DNA of 64,000 nucleotides from an uncultured delta proteobacterium. GTDB lineage: Bacteria > Myxococcota > UBA727 > VGSZ01. The DNA is taken from positions 224,001 through 288,000 of the forward strand of contig CAVZJB010000011.1 in the NCBI GenBank assembly GCA_963775425.1. Reading direction: 5' to 3'. Shown piece by piece: positions 9,971-18,723 of the stretch. Each line of letters begins with the position of its first letter. The stretch's first letter is position 1. The position numbers and the translations under genes are program-made. Under the pieces are notes generated by a model that made no database searches, was not told the origin of the DNA, and saw nothing but the letters and a program-made list of their open reading frames with translations.

Positions 9971-10816
9971 CTACTCGACGGCTTCGGCGCGGTGGGCCAG
10001 CGACGCGGGCAGCGTGACGTTCAACGAGCGCGCGAGCGCGGCGTTGAAGACGATGCGGCTCAATGGCGCGGGGACGGCGCGCACGTCGTCGCCGTGGAGC
10101 ATGCGCAGCGCGGCTTCGCCGGCGGCGCGGCCGTGGGCGGCCGGGTCGGGGACGACGGCGAAGAACGCGCCGCGCTGGACGCTCGAGCGATTGGGCCCGA
10201 TCACCTGCTTGCGCGCTTCGGCGGCCTTCTTCACCACGAGCGCGGGGCCGCCGGTGGGCAACGACGTGGCGTCGGCGATCCACACGACGTCGGAGTCGTC
10301 GACGAGGCGGTCGACCGCCGCGCCGAAGGGCTCGTCGGTCCGCGGGAAGATGGCGTCCAGGCCGGCGTCGTGGGCGGCGGCGTCGATGTCGGCGCGGCTC
10401 TCGCCGGCCGCGGGGAACACGGCCACGCGGCGCGTGCGCGGCAGCACCTCGCGCACGAGCTCGAAGACCTCGCTCGCCGCAGGATGCAGCGGCACCTTCA
10501 ACGTCTGCAGCGGCGAGACGCCGCTCGCCCGCCGCGGCGTCAGGCACTCGACGACGCGGGCGTCCCTGTTGAGGGAAGCGCTCACCACGCGGTCCGCGAG
10601 CGGACCGACCGCGATGACGATGAGCGCACCGGCGATGAGCGACTTGGCGCTCTCGTCCGCGCGCAGCAGTTGACCCTCGCCGCCGAGGGCGTCGATGGCG
10701 GCGCGCGCCGCTTCGGCGAACGCCGGTTGGTCCGACGCGACGACGTAGGCTTTGTCGGCAAGAGCGGCGCTCGAGACCAACAGGGAACAGCAGGCGACGA
10801 CGACAGACAGCCTCAC
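9971..10816 (-). CDS. Exported ABC-type substrate-binding-like protein
   Basis: Signal peptide ..SSAALA-DKA; LIVIAVGPLA, VLPRTRRVAV, GAFFAVVPD..HGRAAG, VFNAALARSLNVTLP; start reassigned to GTG 10816. Confidence 0.65.
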   Translation of the reverse strand: MRLSVVVACCSLLVSSAALADKAYVVASDQPAFAEAARAAIDALGGEGQLLRADESAKSLIAGALIVIAVGPLADRVVSASLNRDARVVECLTPRRASGVSPLQTLKVPLHPAASEVFELVREVLPRTRRVAVFPAAGESRADIDAAAHDAGLDAIFPRTDEPFGAAVDRLVDDSDVVWIADATSLPTGGPALVVKKAAEARKQVIGPNRSSVQRGAFFAVVPDPAAHGRAAGEAALRMLHGDDVRAVPAPLSRIVFNAALARSLNVTLPASLAHRAEAVE

Positions 10817-10829
10817 GGCGAAACTCCGC

Positions 10830-11783
10830 TCAAGGCGGGACCCCTTGAATGTCCCCCAGATCGGTGAGCAGCCGGGCGATGGCCGCGGGCGCCTTGGGGT
10901 CGCTCGGCGCGCGCGCCTTGACCCGCCGCCACAGGACCACCGCGCGCGGGAGGTCGCCGTTGGTGGCGGCGTCCTCGGCGGCGCGCTTGAGCTCGTCGAT
11001 GCCGGTGGCGTCGGCGCCGACGCTCGAGTGCGGCGGGTGATAGCCGAACGTGGTCTCGAACACGGGCATGAGCGTCGCGTCGAGGTCGACGCGCTCGGTG
11101 GTCCACAGCGTGAACACCACACCGGCGGCGGCGCACGCGGCGGCGGCGACGACGGCGAGCCATGACGCGATGACGCCCCCGAGGCCCGGCGCGGCGCGCG
11201 GACGCGGCGGCAGGTCGGGGACGGGCCGCGGCAAGGTGGCGGTGGCGTTCGTCGACGGCTGTGGCGACGGGATGTGGATCTTGGGGCCCGTGTCGAGCGA
11301 GAGGCCCGACGGCGACGGTGCCGGCGGCTCCGGCGCGGGCTGCGGCGGCCGCTGCATCTCGGGCGGGAGCGTCGACGCGTCGAAGGCCTGGAACAGCGCC
11401 GTGATGGGACCCTGCTGCGGCTGCTGCGCGGCGCCCGTCGGCGCCGGCTGCGCCGGCGGTTGCGGCGGCGCGCCCATGAACGGCGGCTGCGCCGTCGGCG
11501 GCAGCGACGGTTGCGGCGGCGCGCCCATGAACGGCGGCTGCGCCGTCGGCGGCACCGCCACGCCCGGCGACGAGCGCGGGACCGGTGCGAAGGCGCCGGT
11601 GCTGCTCGGGTTGAGCTGTTGAAACAACGACGACGGGTCGTCGACGGCGTCGCCGCCGGAGGCGGGAGGCTTGGCGAGGAAGAGCGTGTCGCACTTGGGG
11701 CAGCGCATGCGCGCGCCGCCCACGGGGACGGCCTCGTTGCGGACGCGGTACTTCGACGCGCAGCCCGGGCACGTGACGATCAC
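10830..11783 (-). CDS. MJ0042-type zinc-ribbon protein with Pro-rich linker and one TM
   Basis: CPGCASKY..MRCPKCDTLF; duplicated PPTAQPPFMGAPPQP; TM near residue 210. Confidence 0.85.
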   Translation of the reverse strand: MIVTCPGCASKYRVRNEAVPVGGARMRCPKCDTLFLAKPPASGGDAVDDPSSLFQQLNPSSTGAFAPVPRSSPGVAVPPTAQPPFMGAPPQPSLPPTAQPPFMGAPPQPPAQPAPTGAAQQPQQGPITALFQAFDASTLPPEMQRPPQPAPEPPAPSPSGLSLDTGPKIHIPSPQPSTNATATLPRPVPDLPPRPRAAPGLGGVIASWLAVVAAAACAAAGVVFTLWTTERVDLDATLMPVFETTFGYHPPHSSVGADATGIDELKRAAEDAATNGDLPRAVVLWRRVKARAPSDPKAPAAIARLLTDLGDIQGVPP

Positions 11784-11875
11784 GGTGAGCCCCCTGAAGG
11801 CGCGCGCTGCGCCTGGCGCGGAGCGGAGCGCGAAGGCTGCGGAGGGCGAGCACGCGTGGTCATGGCGCCCTCACA

Positions 11876-14320
11876 CTATTCCAAATCCGGGGCGGGTGCG
11901 TCGGCCTCGGCGCGCAGGTGCCGCAGGATGATCACGCGGGGCTGTCGTTCGTCGTCGAAACGAACGAGCGCGGAGGCGCTTCGCCCTCGCCCCCGCAGGC
12001 CGACGATGGTTCCGCCGCCGAACAAACGGTGCCACACCCGGACGCCGTCGCGGAGGCCCGCGGCCCCGTCGGCGTCGTCGCCGTCGTTTCCCCGCCGCTC
12101 CGGCTCGACGTCGACATCGATGGGGGAGAGGCCGCCGAGCCGGAACCGCTTGGCGCTGCTGGTGGCAAACGTGGGGGCGACCTCGCCCATCGGCGTGTCC
12201 GCCATCACGAGGCGCAACGGGGCACGAGGCTCCTGGGGCTCGTCGTAGACGATGCGCGTCTCGTTTTCGAACGCGGGCTCCGCGGCGCGCTGCCGCCACA
12301 GGTCGAGGCGCTCGAGCGAGCGGCTGGGGACGTCGCCGTCGAGCACCTCGCGCGGGATCTCGTGGAGGAAGCGCGACGGCGTGCGCCGCTTCTTCTGCCC
12401 CTGCACCATGCGCCAGTCGGCGTACGACAACACCAGGCGCCGGCGCGCGCGCGTGATGCCCACGTACGCCAGGCGCCGCTCCTCCTCGAGCTCGTCGCCG
12501 GCGCCGTCCTCGAGGGCGCGCGCGTGCGGGAACAAGTGCTCCTCGAGCCCGGCGAGGTAGACGACGTCGAACTCGAGCCCCTTGGCGGCGTGCAGGCTCA
12601 TGAGGGTCACCTGGCCGCGCCCGTCCCTCGCCTCGTCGACGCTCGACAACAACGACGCGCTCTCGAGGAAGCCGACCACGTCGTCGGGCTCGCCCGCCGC
12701 CCTCGCCGTCTCCGCCCACTCCTCCGCGGCGCTCAACAGCTCGCCGAGGTTTTCGAGCCGCCCCTCGGCCTCGATGGAGCTCTCGGCCTCGAGGCGCTCG
12801 GCGACGCCGCTCACCCCCACGGCCTTGGCGATCGCCTCCTTGGCCGTCACGTGCGCCGGCGCCGCGCTCTGCTCGAAGAGCCCGGGCTGCGCGGCGCCCG
12901 CGGGGGCGCGGCGGGCGATGAGCGCGCCGAGCGCGAGCACGCTCTTGGCGACCTTGTCGCAACGCGCCTTCGCCTTGTCCTTGAGCCCCGCGGCGTCGAG
13001 GGCGTCGCGGTCGGCCATGGCGGGCAACAGGGCGAGCCCGCGCTCCCGGGCCGCGGCCTCGAGCTTCTTGATGGTGCCGTCGCCGATGCCGCGCGGGACC
13101 GCGGCGAGGAAGCGCAGCGTGTCGACGTCGCTTTGTGGGCTGATGGCGCAGCGCACGGTGGCCAGGACGTCCTTCACCTCCTTGCGGTCGTAGAAGCGGA
13201 CGCCGCCGACGACGCGGTAGGGGAGGTTGGCGCGCCGGAGCTCGTCTTCGAACGGCCGCGACAGGGCGTTGGTGCGATAGAGCACGGCGACCTCGTCGAG
13301 GCTCGTGCCCTGACGCGCGTGCTCGAGAACGTCGCTGACGATGCGGCGGGCCTCCTCGAGGTCGTCGCGGGCGCGGATGACGCGCACGGAGCGCCCGCGC
13401 TCGCCGGTGGGCCTGAGCGTCTTTCCGAGGCGAACGACGTTCTTCTTGATGATGCCGTTGGCGGCGTCGAGGATGGTGGCGGTGGAGCGGTAGTTCTCCT
13501 CGAGCTTGACGAGCTCGGCGCCGGGCATGGACTCGAGGAACTTCCTGAGGTTGGCGGCGGAGGCGCCGCGCCACCCGTAGATGGCCTGGTCGTCGTCGCC
13601 GACGACGGCGACGCTGTCGGCGCCCTTGGCGAGGGCGAGGACGATCTCGGCCTGCACGGCGTTCACGTCCTGATACTCGTCGACGAGGACGTGGCGGATG
13701 CCGTCCTTGACGAGGGACGCGACGTCGCTTTTGAGGAGGTCGCGCATCTTCAACAGGAGGCCGCCGAAGTCGATGGCGCCCATCTGGTCGAGGCGCTCGC
13801 GGGAGATGCCGTAGGCCCGCAACGCGAAGTCGAAGAGGAAGTCGTGGCCCTTGGGGACGTCGTCGGGGAGCAGGCCCTCGCACTGCCAGGAGTCGATGAG
13901 GGCTTTGATGCCGCGAACGGTGTCCTTCTCGAGGTTGAGGTCGTTGACGACGATGCGCTGCAGCAGGCGCTTCCAGTCGTCGTCGTCGTAGATGACGAAG
14001 CTCGGGTTCATGCCGACGGCGCGGCCAAAGCGGCGCAGGATGCGCGCGGACAGCCCGTGGAAGGTGCCGATCTGCGCGCGCGCGCCGCGGCCGGGGACGA
14101 GGCGCGCGACGCGCTCCTTCATCTCTCCGGCGGCCTTGTTGGTGAACGTGACGGCGAGGATGCGCTCGGGTTGGACGCCGCGCTCGAGGATCAACCACGC
14201 GATGCGGTGGGTGATGACGCGCGTCTTGCCGCTGCCGGCGCCGGCGAGGACGCACACCGGGCCGTCGAGGTAGGTGGCGGCCTTGAGCTGCGTCGGTGAG
14301 AGGCGCTTCTCCCAATCCAC
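11876..14320 (-). CDS. pcrA: UvrD/PcrA-family SF1A DNA helicase with C-terminal Tudor-like domain
   Basis: AGAGSGKT, TFTNKAA, VDEYQD, VGDDDQAIY, LEENYRST, SLHAAKGLEF, EERRLAYVGITRA; C-terminal VWHRLFGGGTIV..ALVRF. Confidence 0.88.
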   Translation of the reverse strand: MDWEKRLSPTQLKAATYLDGPVCVLAGAGSGKTRVITHRIAWLILERGVQPERILAVTFTNKAAGEMKERVARLVPGRGARAQIGTFHGLSARILRRFGRAVGMNPSFVIYDDDDWKRLLQRIVVNDLNLEKDTVRGIKALIDSWQCEGLLPDDVPKGHDFLFDFALRAYGISRERLDQMGAIDFGGLLLKMRDLLKSDVASLVKDGIRHVLVDEYQDVNAVQAEIVLALAKGADSVAVVGDDDQAIYGWRGASAANLRKFLESMPGAELVKLEENYRSTATILDAANGIIKKNVVRLGKTLRPTGERGRSVRVIRARDDLEEARRIVSDVLEHARQGTSLDEVAVLYRTNALSRPFEDELRRANLPYRVVGGVRFYDRKEVKDVLATVRCAISPQSDVDTLRFLAAVPRGIGDGTIKKLEAAARERGLALLPAMADRDALDAAGLKDKAKARCDKVAKSVLALGALIARRAPAGAAQPGLFEQSAAPAHVTAKEAIAKAVGVSGVAERLEAESSIEAEGRLENLGELLSAAEEWAETARAAGEPDDVVGFLESASLLSSVDEARDGRGQVTLMSLHAAKGLEFDVVYLAGLEEHLFPHARALEDGAGDELEEERRLAYVGITRARRRLVLSYADWRMVQGQKKRRTPSRFLHEIPREVLDGDVPSRSLERLDLWRQRAAEPAFENETRIVYDEPQEPRAPLRLVMADTPMGEVAPTFATSSAKRFRLGGLSPIDVDVEPERRGNDGDDADGAAGLRDGVRVWHRLFGGGTIVGLRGRGRSASALVRFDDERQPRVIILRHLRAEADAPAPDLE

Positions 14321-14380
14321 GTCGGGGAATCTACGGTCGTTCCCCTCGGCCGTCGACCGCCGCGGTGGTTACGCCGGGGA

Positions 14381-15235
14381 ATGCGCGCAGCGCTCCTCGC
14401 CGCCACGCTCGTCGCCGTCTGCGGCTGTGATCCGTGCGCGCCGCCGCCCGGCTTCGGCGCGCCCTGCACGCAGAGCGCCGACTGCGAGCCCACATACGCG
14501 TGCGACGTCACCACTCGCCTCTGCGTGCCCTTCGACGACGCGGGGGCGCCCGACGGCGCGCAGCCCGACCCGCAGCGGGTCGCCGCGCCCGCCTGGGTCG
14601 ACGCGGGCCGCGCCGGCGACGACGCGGACGCCGGCCTCGACAGCGTCGATCCCGGGGCCGACGCCGGCCTCGACAGCGTCGATCCCGGGGCCGACCCCGG
14701 CCTCGACAGCGTCGATCCCGGGGCCGACGCCGGGACCGACGGTGCCGCTGACGAGAGCGACGCCGGCCTCGACACCGCCGATGCCGGGCCCGACGCCGGG
14801 GCCGACGGTGCGGCTGACGGGAGGAACGACGGGGCGGACGACGGGGCGGACGACGGAAAAGTCGACGGGGACGCAGACGGGGCCGCCGCACCGGACGGCG
14901 AGGAGGGCGGCGCCCACGGCGACGGCGACGGCGGCGGCGACGGCCACGGCGACGGCCACGGCGACGGCCACGGTGACGGCCACGGCCACGGCCGCTCCCA
15001 CGGCCACGGCCATGGCGACGCCCGCGGCGACGCCCATCGCCACGGCGACGCCCGCGGCCCCGGCGACGCCCGCGGCCGAGGTCGCCGCGTGCTCGCCGAG
15101 ATGAGGGGTCACCGGCGGCCGCGCACAGAAGTGCCCCGATCGACGAAAGCGGAAGCGGGGTTCGCGAAGTGGGCGGTCATCCTCCGGCCAGGCGAGAGCT
15201 CCGCAACACGCTTGCCCGGCGACGACTCCGGGTGA
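14381..15235 (+). CDS. Lipoprotein with Cys-rich module and low-complexity repeats (3' end or frame uncertain)
   Basis: Lipobox-like AVCGC, CTQSADCEPTYACDVTTRLC, DAGLDSVDPGA repeats, GDGH repeats. Confidence 0.6.
   Translation: MRAALLAATLVAVCGCDPCAPPPGFGAPCTQSADCEPTYACDVTTRLCVPFDDAGAPDGAQPDPQRVAAPAWVDAGRAGDDADAGLDSVDPGADAGLDSVDPGADPGLDSVDPGADAGTDGAADESDAGLDTADAGPDAGADGAADGRNDGADDGADDGKVDGDADGAAAPDGEEGGAHGDGDGGGDGHGDGHGDGHGDGHGHGRSHGHGHGDARGDAHRHGDARGPGDARGRGRRVLAEMRGHRRPRTEVPRSTKAEAGFAKWAVILRPGESSATRLPGDDSG
14627..14725 (+). repeat. 33-bp coding tandem repeat x3
   Basis: GACGCCGGCCTCGACAGCGTCGATCCCGGGGCC repeated three times with one mismatch. Confidence 0.9.
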
Positions 15236-15265
15236 GCGCCGCGCGGGCTCGGGTATGCTCGACGC

Positions 15266-16525
15266 GTGCGCCTCCTCGGGCTCCTGCTCGTCGTCGTCGC
15301 GGTCGGGGCCTGCGAGCTGGCGCCCGTCGCCTTCGGCGCGCGTTGCAACGCGGACGTCGACTGCGCGGATCGTGACGTCTGCGACGCCGCCACCCACCTC
15401 TGCGTGCTCCCCTCGTTGGCCGCCGAAGGCGAAGGCGAAGGCGAGGGTGAAGGCGAAGGCGAAGGCGAAGGTGAAGGCGAAGGCGAAGGCGAAGGTGAAG
15501 GCGAAGGTGAAGGCGAAGGTGAAGGTGAAGGTGAAGGTGAAGGCGAAGGCGACGCTTGCCCGGGCGACCAAGCGCTCGCCGGCGGCCGCTGCGTCGACGC
15601 CTTGCCGTTCACGCCGGCGCTCTTCGACGTCAACGCCGCGCTCGCGGCCGTGCCCGTGGAGTCCTCGACCACCTTGAGCGGCGTCATCGACGTCGATGCC
15701 ATCTCCGCGCGCAGCGACCTCGGCGTCGTGCGCGCCGGCGGCCAGCCCGTCCTGCTCGTGGCCGAGAACCTCGCGCTGGACGGCGACGTGCACTTCACAG
15801 GCACCCACGCCGTGGACATCGTGGCCTTCGGCGACCTCAGCGTCGCCGCCGGCGTCCGCGTCGACGTCGACGCCGCCGGCGTCACCGGCGGCCCCGGCTC
15901 CAGGACACAGCAAGGCTGCAACGGCGGCGCCGGCTCCTCGGGCAGCGGCAACCTCGGCAGCGGCGGGGGCGGGGGCGGCGGCACGGGCACCGCCGGCGGC
16001 GGCGGCGGCGGCGTAGCGGGCGCCAACGGCGGGGGCGGGGGCGCGGTCGACGCCAGCTCCGGCCGCGGCGGCTGCCAAGGCGGCGACGGCGGCAGCGGCG
16101 AGGGAGGCATCGCCGGCGGCGGCTCGCAGGCGGGCGGTGTCGGCGGTGGCGGCGGGGGCGCGCTCACGCTCACCGCCGTGCGCCTGCACGTCGACGGCGT
16201 GGTCAGCGCCGCGGGCGGCGTCGGCGCCGTCGGCGCCAAGGCGGCCATCGCGAGCACCGCCGGCGGCGGCGGCGGCGGCGGAGGCGGCGGCTTCGTTCGC
16301 CTCGAAGCGGGGACCCTCGCGGGAGAAGGCAGCGCGCTCGCGCCCGGCGGCGACGGCGGCGACAGCGGCACGGGCCCCGGCGGCGGCCCCGGCAGCACCA
16401 GCGCCGACGACGGCGGCGGCGGCAGCGCGGCGGGCGGCGGCGGCGGCGGCTCCGGCGCCGTCGAGATGTGCGGCGGCGCGGTCACGGCCACCACGCCGGC
16501 GACCACCGCCACGACCTGCCCGTAG
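15266..16525 (+). CDS. Lipoprotein: Cys-rich module, (EG)n linker, Gly-rich C-terminal domain
   Basis: Lipobox VGAC, CNADVDCADRDVCDAATHLC, about 21 EG units, GGGGG-rich beta-like repeats. Confidence 0.8.
   Translation: MRLLGLLLVVVAVGACELAPVAFGARCNADVDCADRDVCDAATHLCVLPSLAAEGEGEGEGEGEGEGEGEGEGEGEGEGEGEGEGEGEGEGEGEGDACPGDQALAGGRCVDALPFTPALFDVNAALAAVPVESSTTLSGVIDVDAISARSDLGVVRAGGQPVLLVAENLALDGDVHFTGTHAVDIVAFGDLSVAAGVRVDVDAAGVTGGPGSRTQQGCNGGAGSSGSGNLGSGGGGGGGTGTAGGGGGGVAGANGGGGGAVDASSGRGGCQGGDGGSGEGGIAGGGSQAGGVGGGGGGALTLTAVRLHVDGVVSAAGGVGAVGAKAAIASTAGGGGGGGGGGFVRLEAGTLAGEGSALAPGGDGGDSGTGPGGGPGSTSADDGGGGSAAGGGGGGSGAVEMCGGAVTATTPATTATTCP
15425..15550 (+). repeat. 6-bp GARGGY microsatellite encoding (EG)~21
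   Basis: GAAGGC/GAAGGT/GAGGGT units. Confidence 0.92.
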
Positions 16526-16543
16526 CGCGGCGCACCTTGCCAT

Positions 16544-16571
16544 GATGCGGGGGACAAGCCCCCGCCCTACG
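16544..16571 (-). repeat. GTAG-type REP element
   Basis: Reverse complement CGTAGGGCGGGGGCTTGTCCCCCGCATC is identical over 28 bp to 54693-54720; lies between convergent genes. Confidence 0.8.
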
Positions 16572-16639
16572 GGCGTCGCTTCGGAGCGAACAACGGCGCG
16601 GCAACGCGCGGGGGACGGCCGGCTCGGACGCGAGGGGCG

Positions 16640-17173
16640 TCAGCGCATCTGGCGCACGGCTTCCTCGAGCATCGCGCGGTGCACGCTGCCAGGGTGCGCG
16701 CGGGAAAACGCGGACAGCACGTCGTCGGGGCTCGCGCCCTTGCGCAGATCGAGGAGGGCCGCGAGCGCGTCGCGCTCTTCGGCGAGCGCGCCGTGCGGGT
16801 AGGTGCGGGCGTGCTCGTCGAGGTCGCGCGCCGCGTCGTCGAGGTCGCCGCGCCGAAGCGCGGCGCGCGCGGCGTCGATGAGCGCGGTCTCGGCGGGGGC
16901 CTCCGGCGCGGCGCTCGCCGCGGGAGCGACGTCGACGGGAGCGGGGGGTGGCGCCTCGCGCAAGCCGAACGCGACCGCGCCGACGGCGACGGCGGCGACC
17001 ACGCCGGCGAGCGCCAGCTTGGACGCGGCGACCCGCGCGAACAAGGAGCGGTCGAGCCGCGCGCGCATGCCGGCGTCGACGTCGGCGGGCACGGGCGACA
17101 GGTCGCTCTCGGCGAGATCGATGAGGGTGCGCAGGGCGGGATCGAGAGGCTCGAGGGGAGCTGGATCGCTCAT
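16640..17173 (-). CDS. Single-TM putative anti-sigma factor with short TPR-like C-terminus
   Basis: Start overlaps the sigma stop; TM LALAGVVAAVAVGAVAF; ETALIDAARAALRRGD..HARTYPHGALAEERDAL. Confidence 0.72.
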   Translation of the reverse strand: MSDPAPLEPLDPALRTLIDLAESDLSPVPADVDAGMRARLDRSLFARVAASKLALAGVVAAVAVGAVAFGLREAPPPAPVDVAPAASAAPEAPAETALIDAARAALRRGDLDDAARDLDEHARTYPHGALAEERDALAALLDLRKGASPDDVLSAFSRAHPGSVHRAMLEEAVRQMR

Positions 17174-17754
17174 GCGACACCTTCCTTTCCGGCGCGAGCT
17201 TCCTGCACGACGTCGGCGAGCCTCTTTCGTGCGAGCCGCAGCCTCGAGTAGAGGGTGTTCACGCTGACGTCGAGGGCGCGGGCGCACGCAGCGACGTTCT
17301 CGCCGTCGACGTCGTGGAGCACGAACACCGCGCGCTGGTCCAGGTCCATACGCGCGAGCGCGCGGGCGAGCAGGGCCTCAGCGCGCTTCTTGTCGATGAC
17401 GGCGTCTTGCGCGGGCTCGACGCGCGCGTCGACGTCGTCGCTCGGGTCCTCCGGCCTGCGTCCGCGCTTGCGCCGATGACCGAGGACCACGCGGTGAGCG
17501 ATGCCGAAGAGCCAGGGCTTCACCGGGCGCCCGTCCTCGAGGTCCGCGCGCCGCCGCCAGAACACGACGAACACGTCATGGACGAGGTCCGTGCAATCGC
17601 GCTCGGCGACGCCCAGCCGCCGCAGCGTGTGCCAGACGTACGCTTTGTGCTCGCGGTAGACGGCGTCGAACGCCGCGCGCTCGTCGCGCGCCGCCGTCGC
17701 GGTGGACGCGAGGGCGGTCGCCGATCGATCGGTGCGCGCGGCGAACAACGACAT
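17170..17754 (-). CDS. ECF RNA polymerase sigma factor
   Basis: FDAVYREH..VWHTLRRLG, DLVHDVF, PWLFGIAHR, QRAVFVLHDVDG, VNTLYSRLRLARKRL; start reassigned to ATG 17754. Confidence 0.92.
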   Translation of the reverse strand: MSLFAARTDRSATALASTATAARDERAAFDAVYREHKAYVWHTLRRLGVAERDCTDLVHDVFVVFWRRRADLEDGRPVKPWLFGIAHRVVLGHRRKRGRRPEDPSDDVDARVEPAQDAVIDKKRAEALLARALARMDLDQRAVFVLHDVDGENVAACARALDVSVNTLYSRLRLARKRLADVVQEARAGKEGVA

Positions 17755-17758
17755 CGCC

Positions 17759-18481
17759 TCAGGGCCGCGTCGGCTGATCCACGCCGACGCCGCGGAGCGC
17801 GACGCGCAGCTCGGGCGTGGCGGGATCGTTGGAGTGAACGACGAGGTCGACGGTGAAGTCACCGAGGCGCGTGGGCTGGAACACCTCGAACAGCGTGCTG
17901 GAGCCGTCGGGCGCGATGGTGATCGGCGCGTCGAGCTGCGACGAGAGGGCGTCGATGCTGACGGTGCCGTCGCCGTTGTCGACGACGCCGCTGGCGATGA
18001 AGAACTGGTCGGCGCCGTCGCCCTCGAAGTGCGCTGCGTCGACGACGACGTCCGCGTCACCGAAGTTGTCGATCTCGGTGTCGCCGACGGAGGCGTCGCC
18101 GACGACGACCTCGCCCATGCCCTGGCCGGTCTCGCTGATCACGATCACGGGCCCGAGCGACTGCTGGGCGCTGCAGAGGCCGTCGCGATCGCACAAGCCG
18201 CCGTCGCAGTCGGCGTCGGTGGCGCAGGCGGGGCGCTCGCAGGCGCCCTGGACGCAGACCTGCGGCGCGTCGCAGTCGGCGTCGGCGGCGCAGCCGGCGT
18301 CGGGCGCGGCGCACGCGCCGTCGGCGCACACGAGGCCGTCGTCGCAGTCGGTGTCGGCGGCGCAGGGGTCGCCTTCGAGGGCGCCGGTGCCGACGCCGAA
18401 GCTGCCGATGTCGACGGGGAAGGGGCAGCCGGCGGAGAGGGCGACGAGGAGCGAGGGCAGAGCGGTGCGAACGGCGAGCAT
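17759..18481 (-). CDS. Cys-rich lipoprotein with Ig-like (ASH / choice-of-anchor-D-like) C-terminus
   Basis: Lipobox LSAGC; three CxxDxDC modules; FQPTRLG..LVVHSNDPATPELRVALRGVG. Confidence 0.75.
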   Translation of the reverse strand: MLAVRTALPSLLVALSAGCPFPVDIGSFGVGTGALEGDPCAADTDCDDGLVCADGACAAPDAGCAADADCDAPQVCVQGACERPACATDADCDGGLCDRDGLCSAQQSLGPVIVISETGQGMGEVVVGDASVGDTEIDNFGDADVVVDAAHFEGDGADQFFIASGVVDNGDGTVSIDALSSQLDAPITIAPDGSSTLFEVFQPTRLGDFTVDLVVHSNDPATPELRVALRGVGVDQPTRP

Positions 18482-18723
18482 GAAGCCTCCGGAAGGTACA
18501 TCAGGGGTGATGCAGGGAATTGCCCGCGGCTCGCGGATCCGTCACAGCTCTTTTGCGGCAAGGCGCTTCCGCGGAGCACGAGGCCGGATGTCAGCGCCGG
18601 ATGTCGGCGCGCCGCGGGTGCGCGCGCCGGTCGGCCCTTGAGGGAATGTGCGCCGCGTGAGAGCGGATCTGCGGCGCGGGAGCACGGACAGCGGTGCCGT
18701 TGTCACCGGCCGGGGAGGAGCCC

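Noticed and set aside
15109-16557. Antisense poly-SP and alternative-frame poly-AK ORFs over the GE tracts (also 46242-46898)
   Set aside because: Automatic by-products of the GARGGY microsatellite
18534-18546. GACGGATC upstream of both ECF operons (also near 28074-28081) as a shared promoter
   Set aside because: An 8-mer match with inconsistent spacing and no shared -10 element; may be chance
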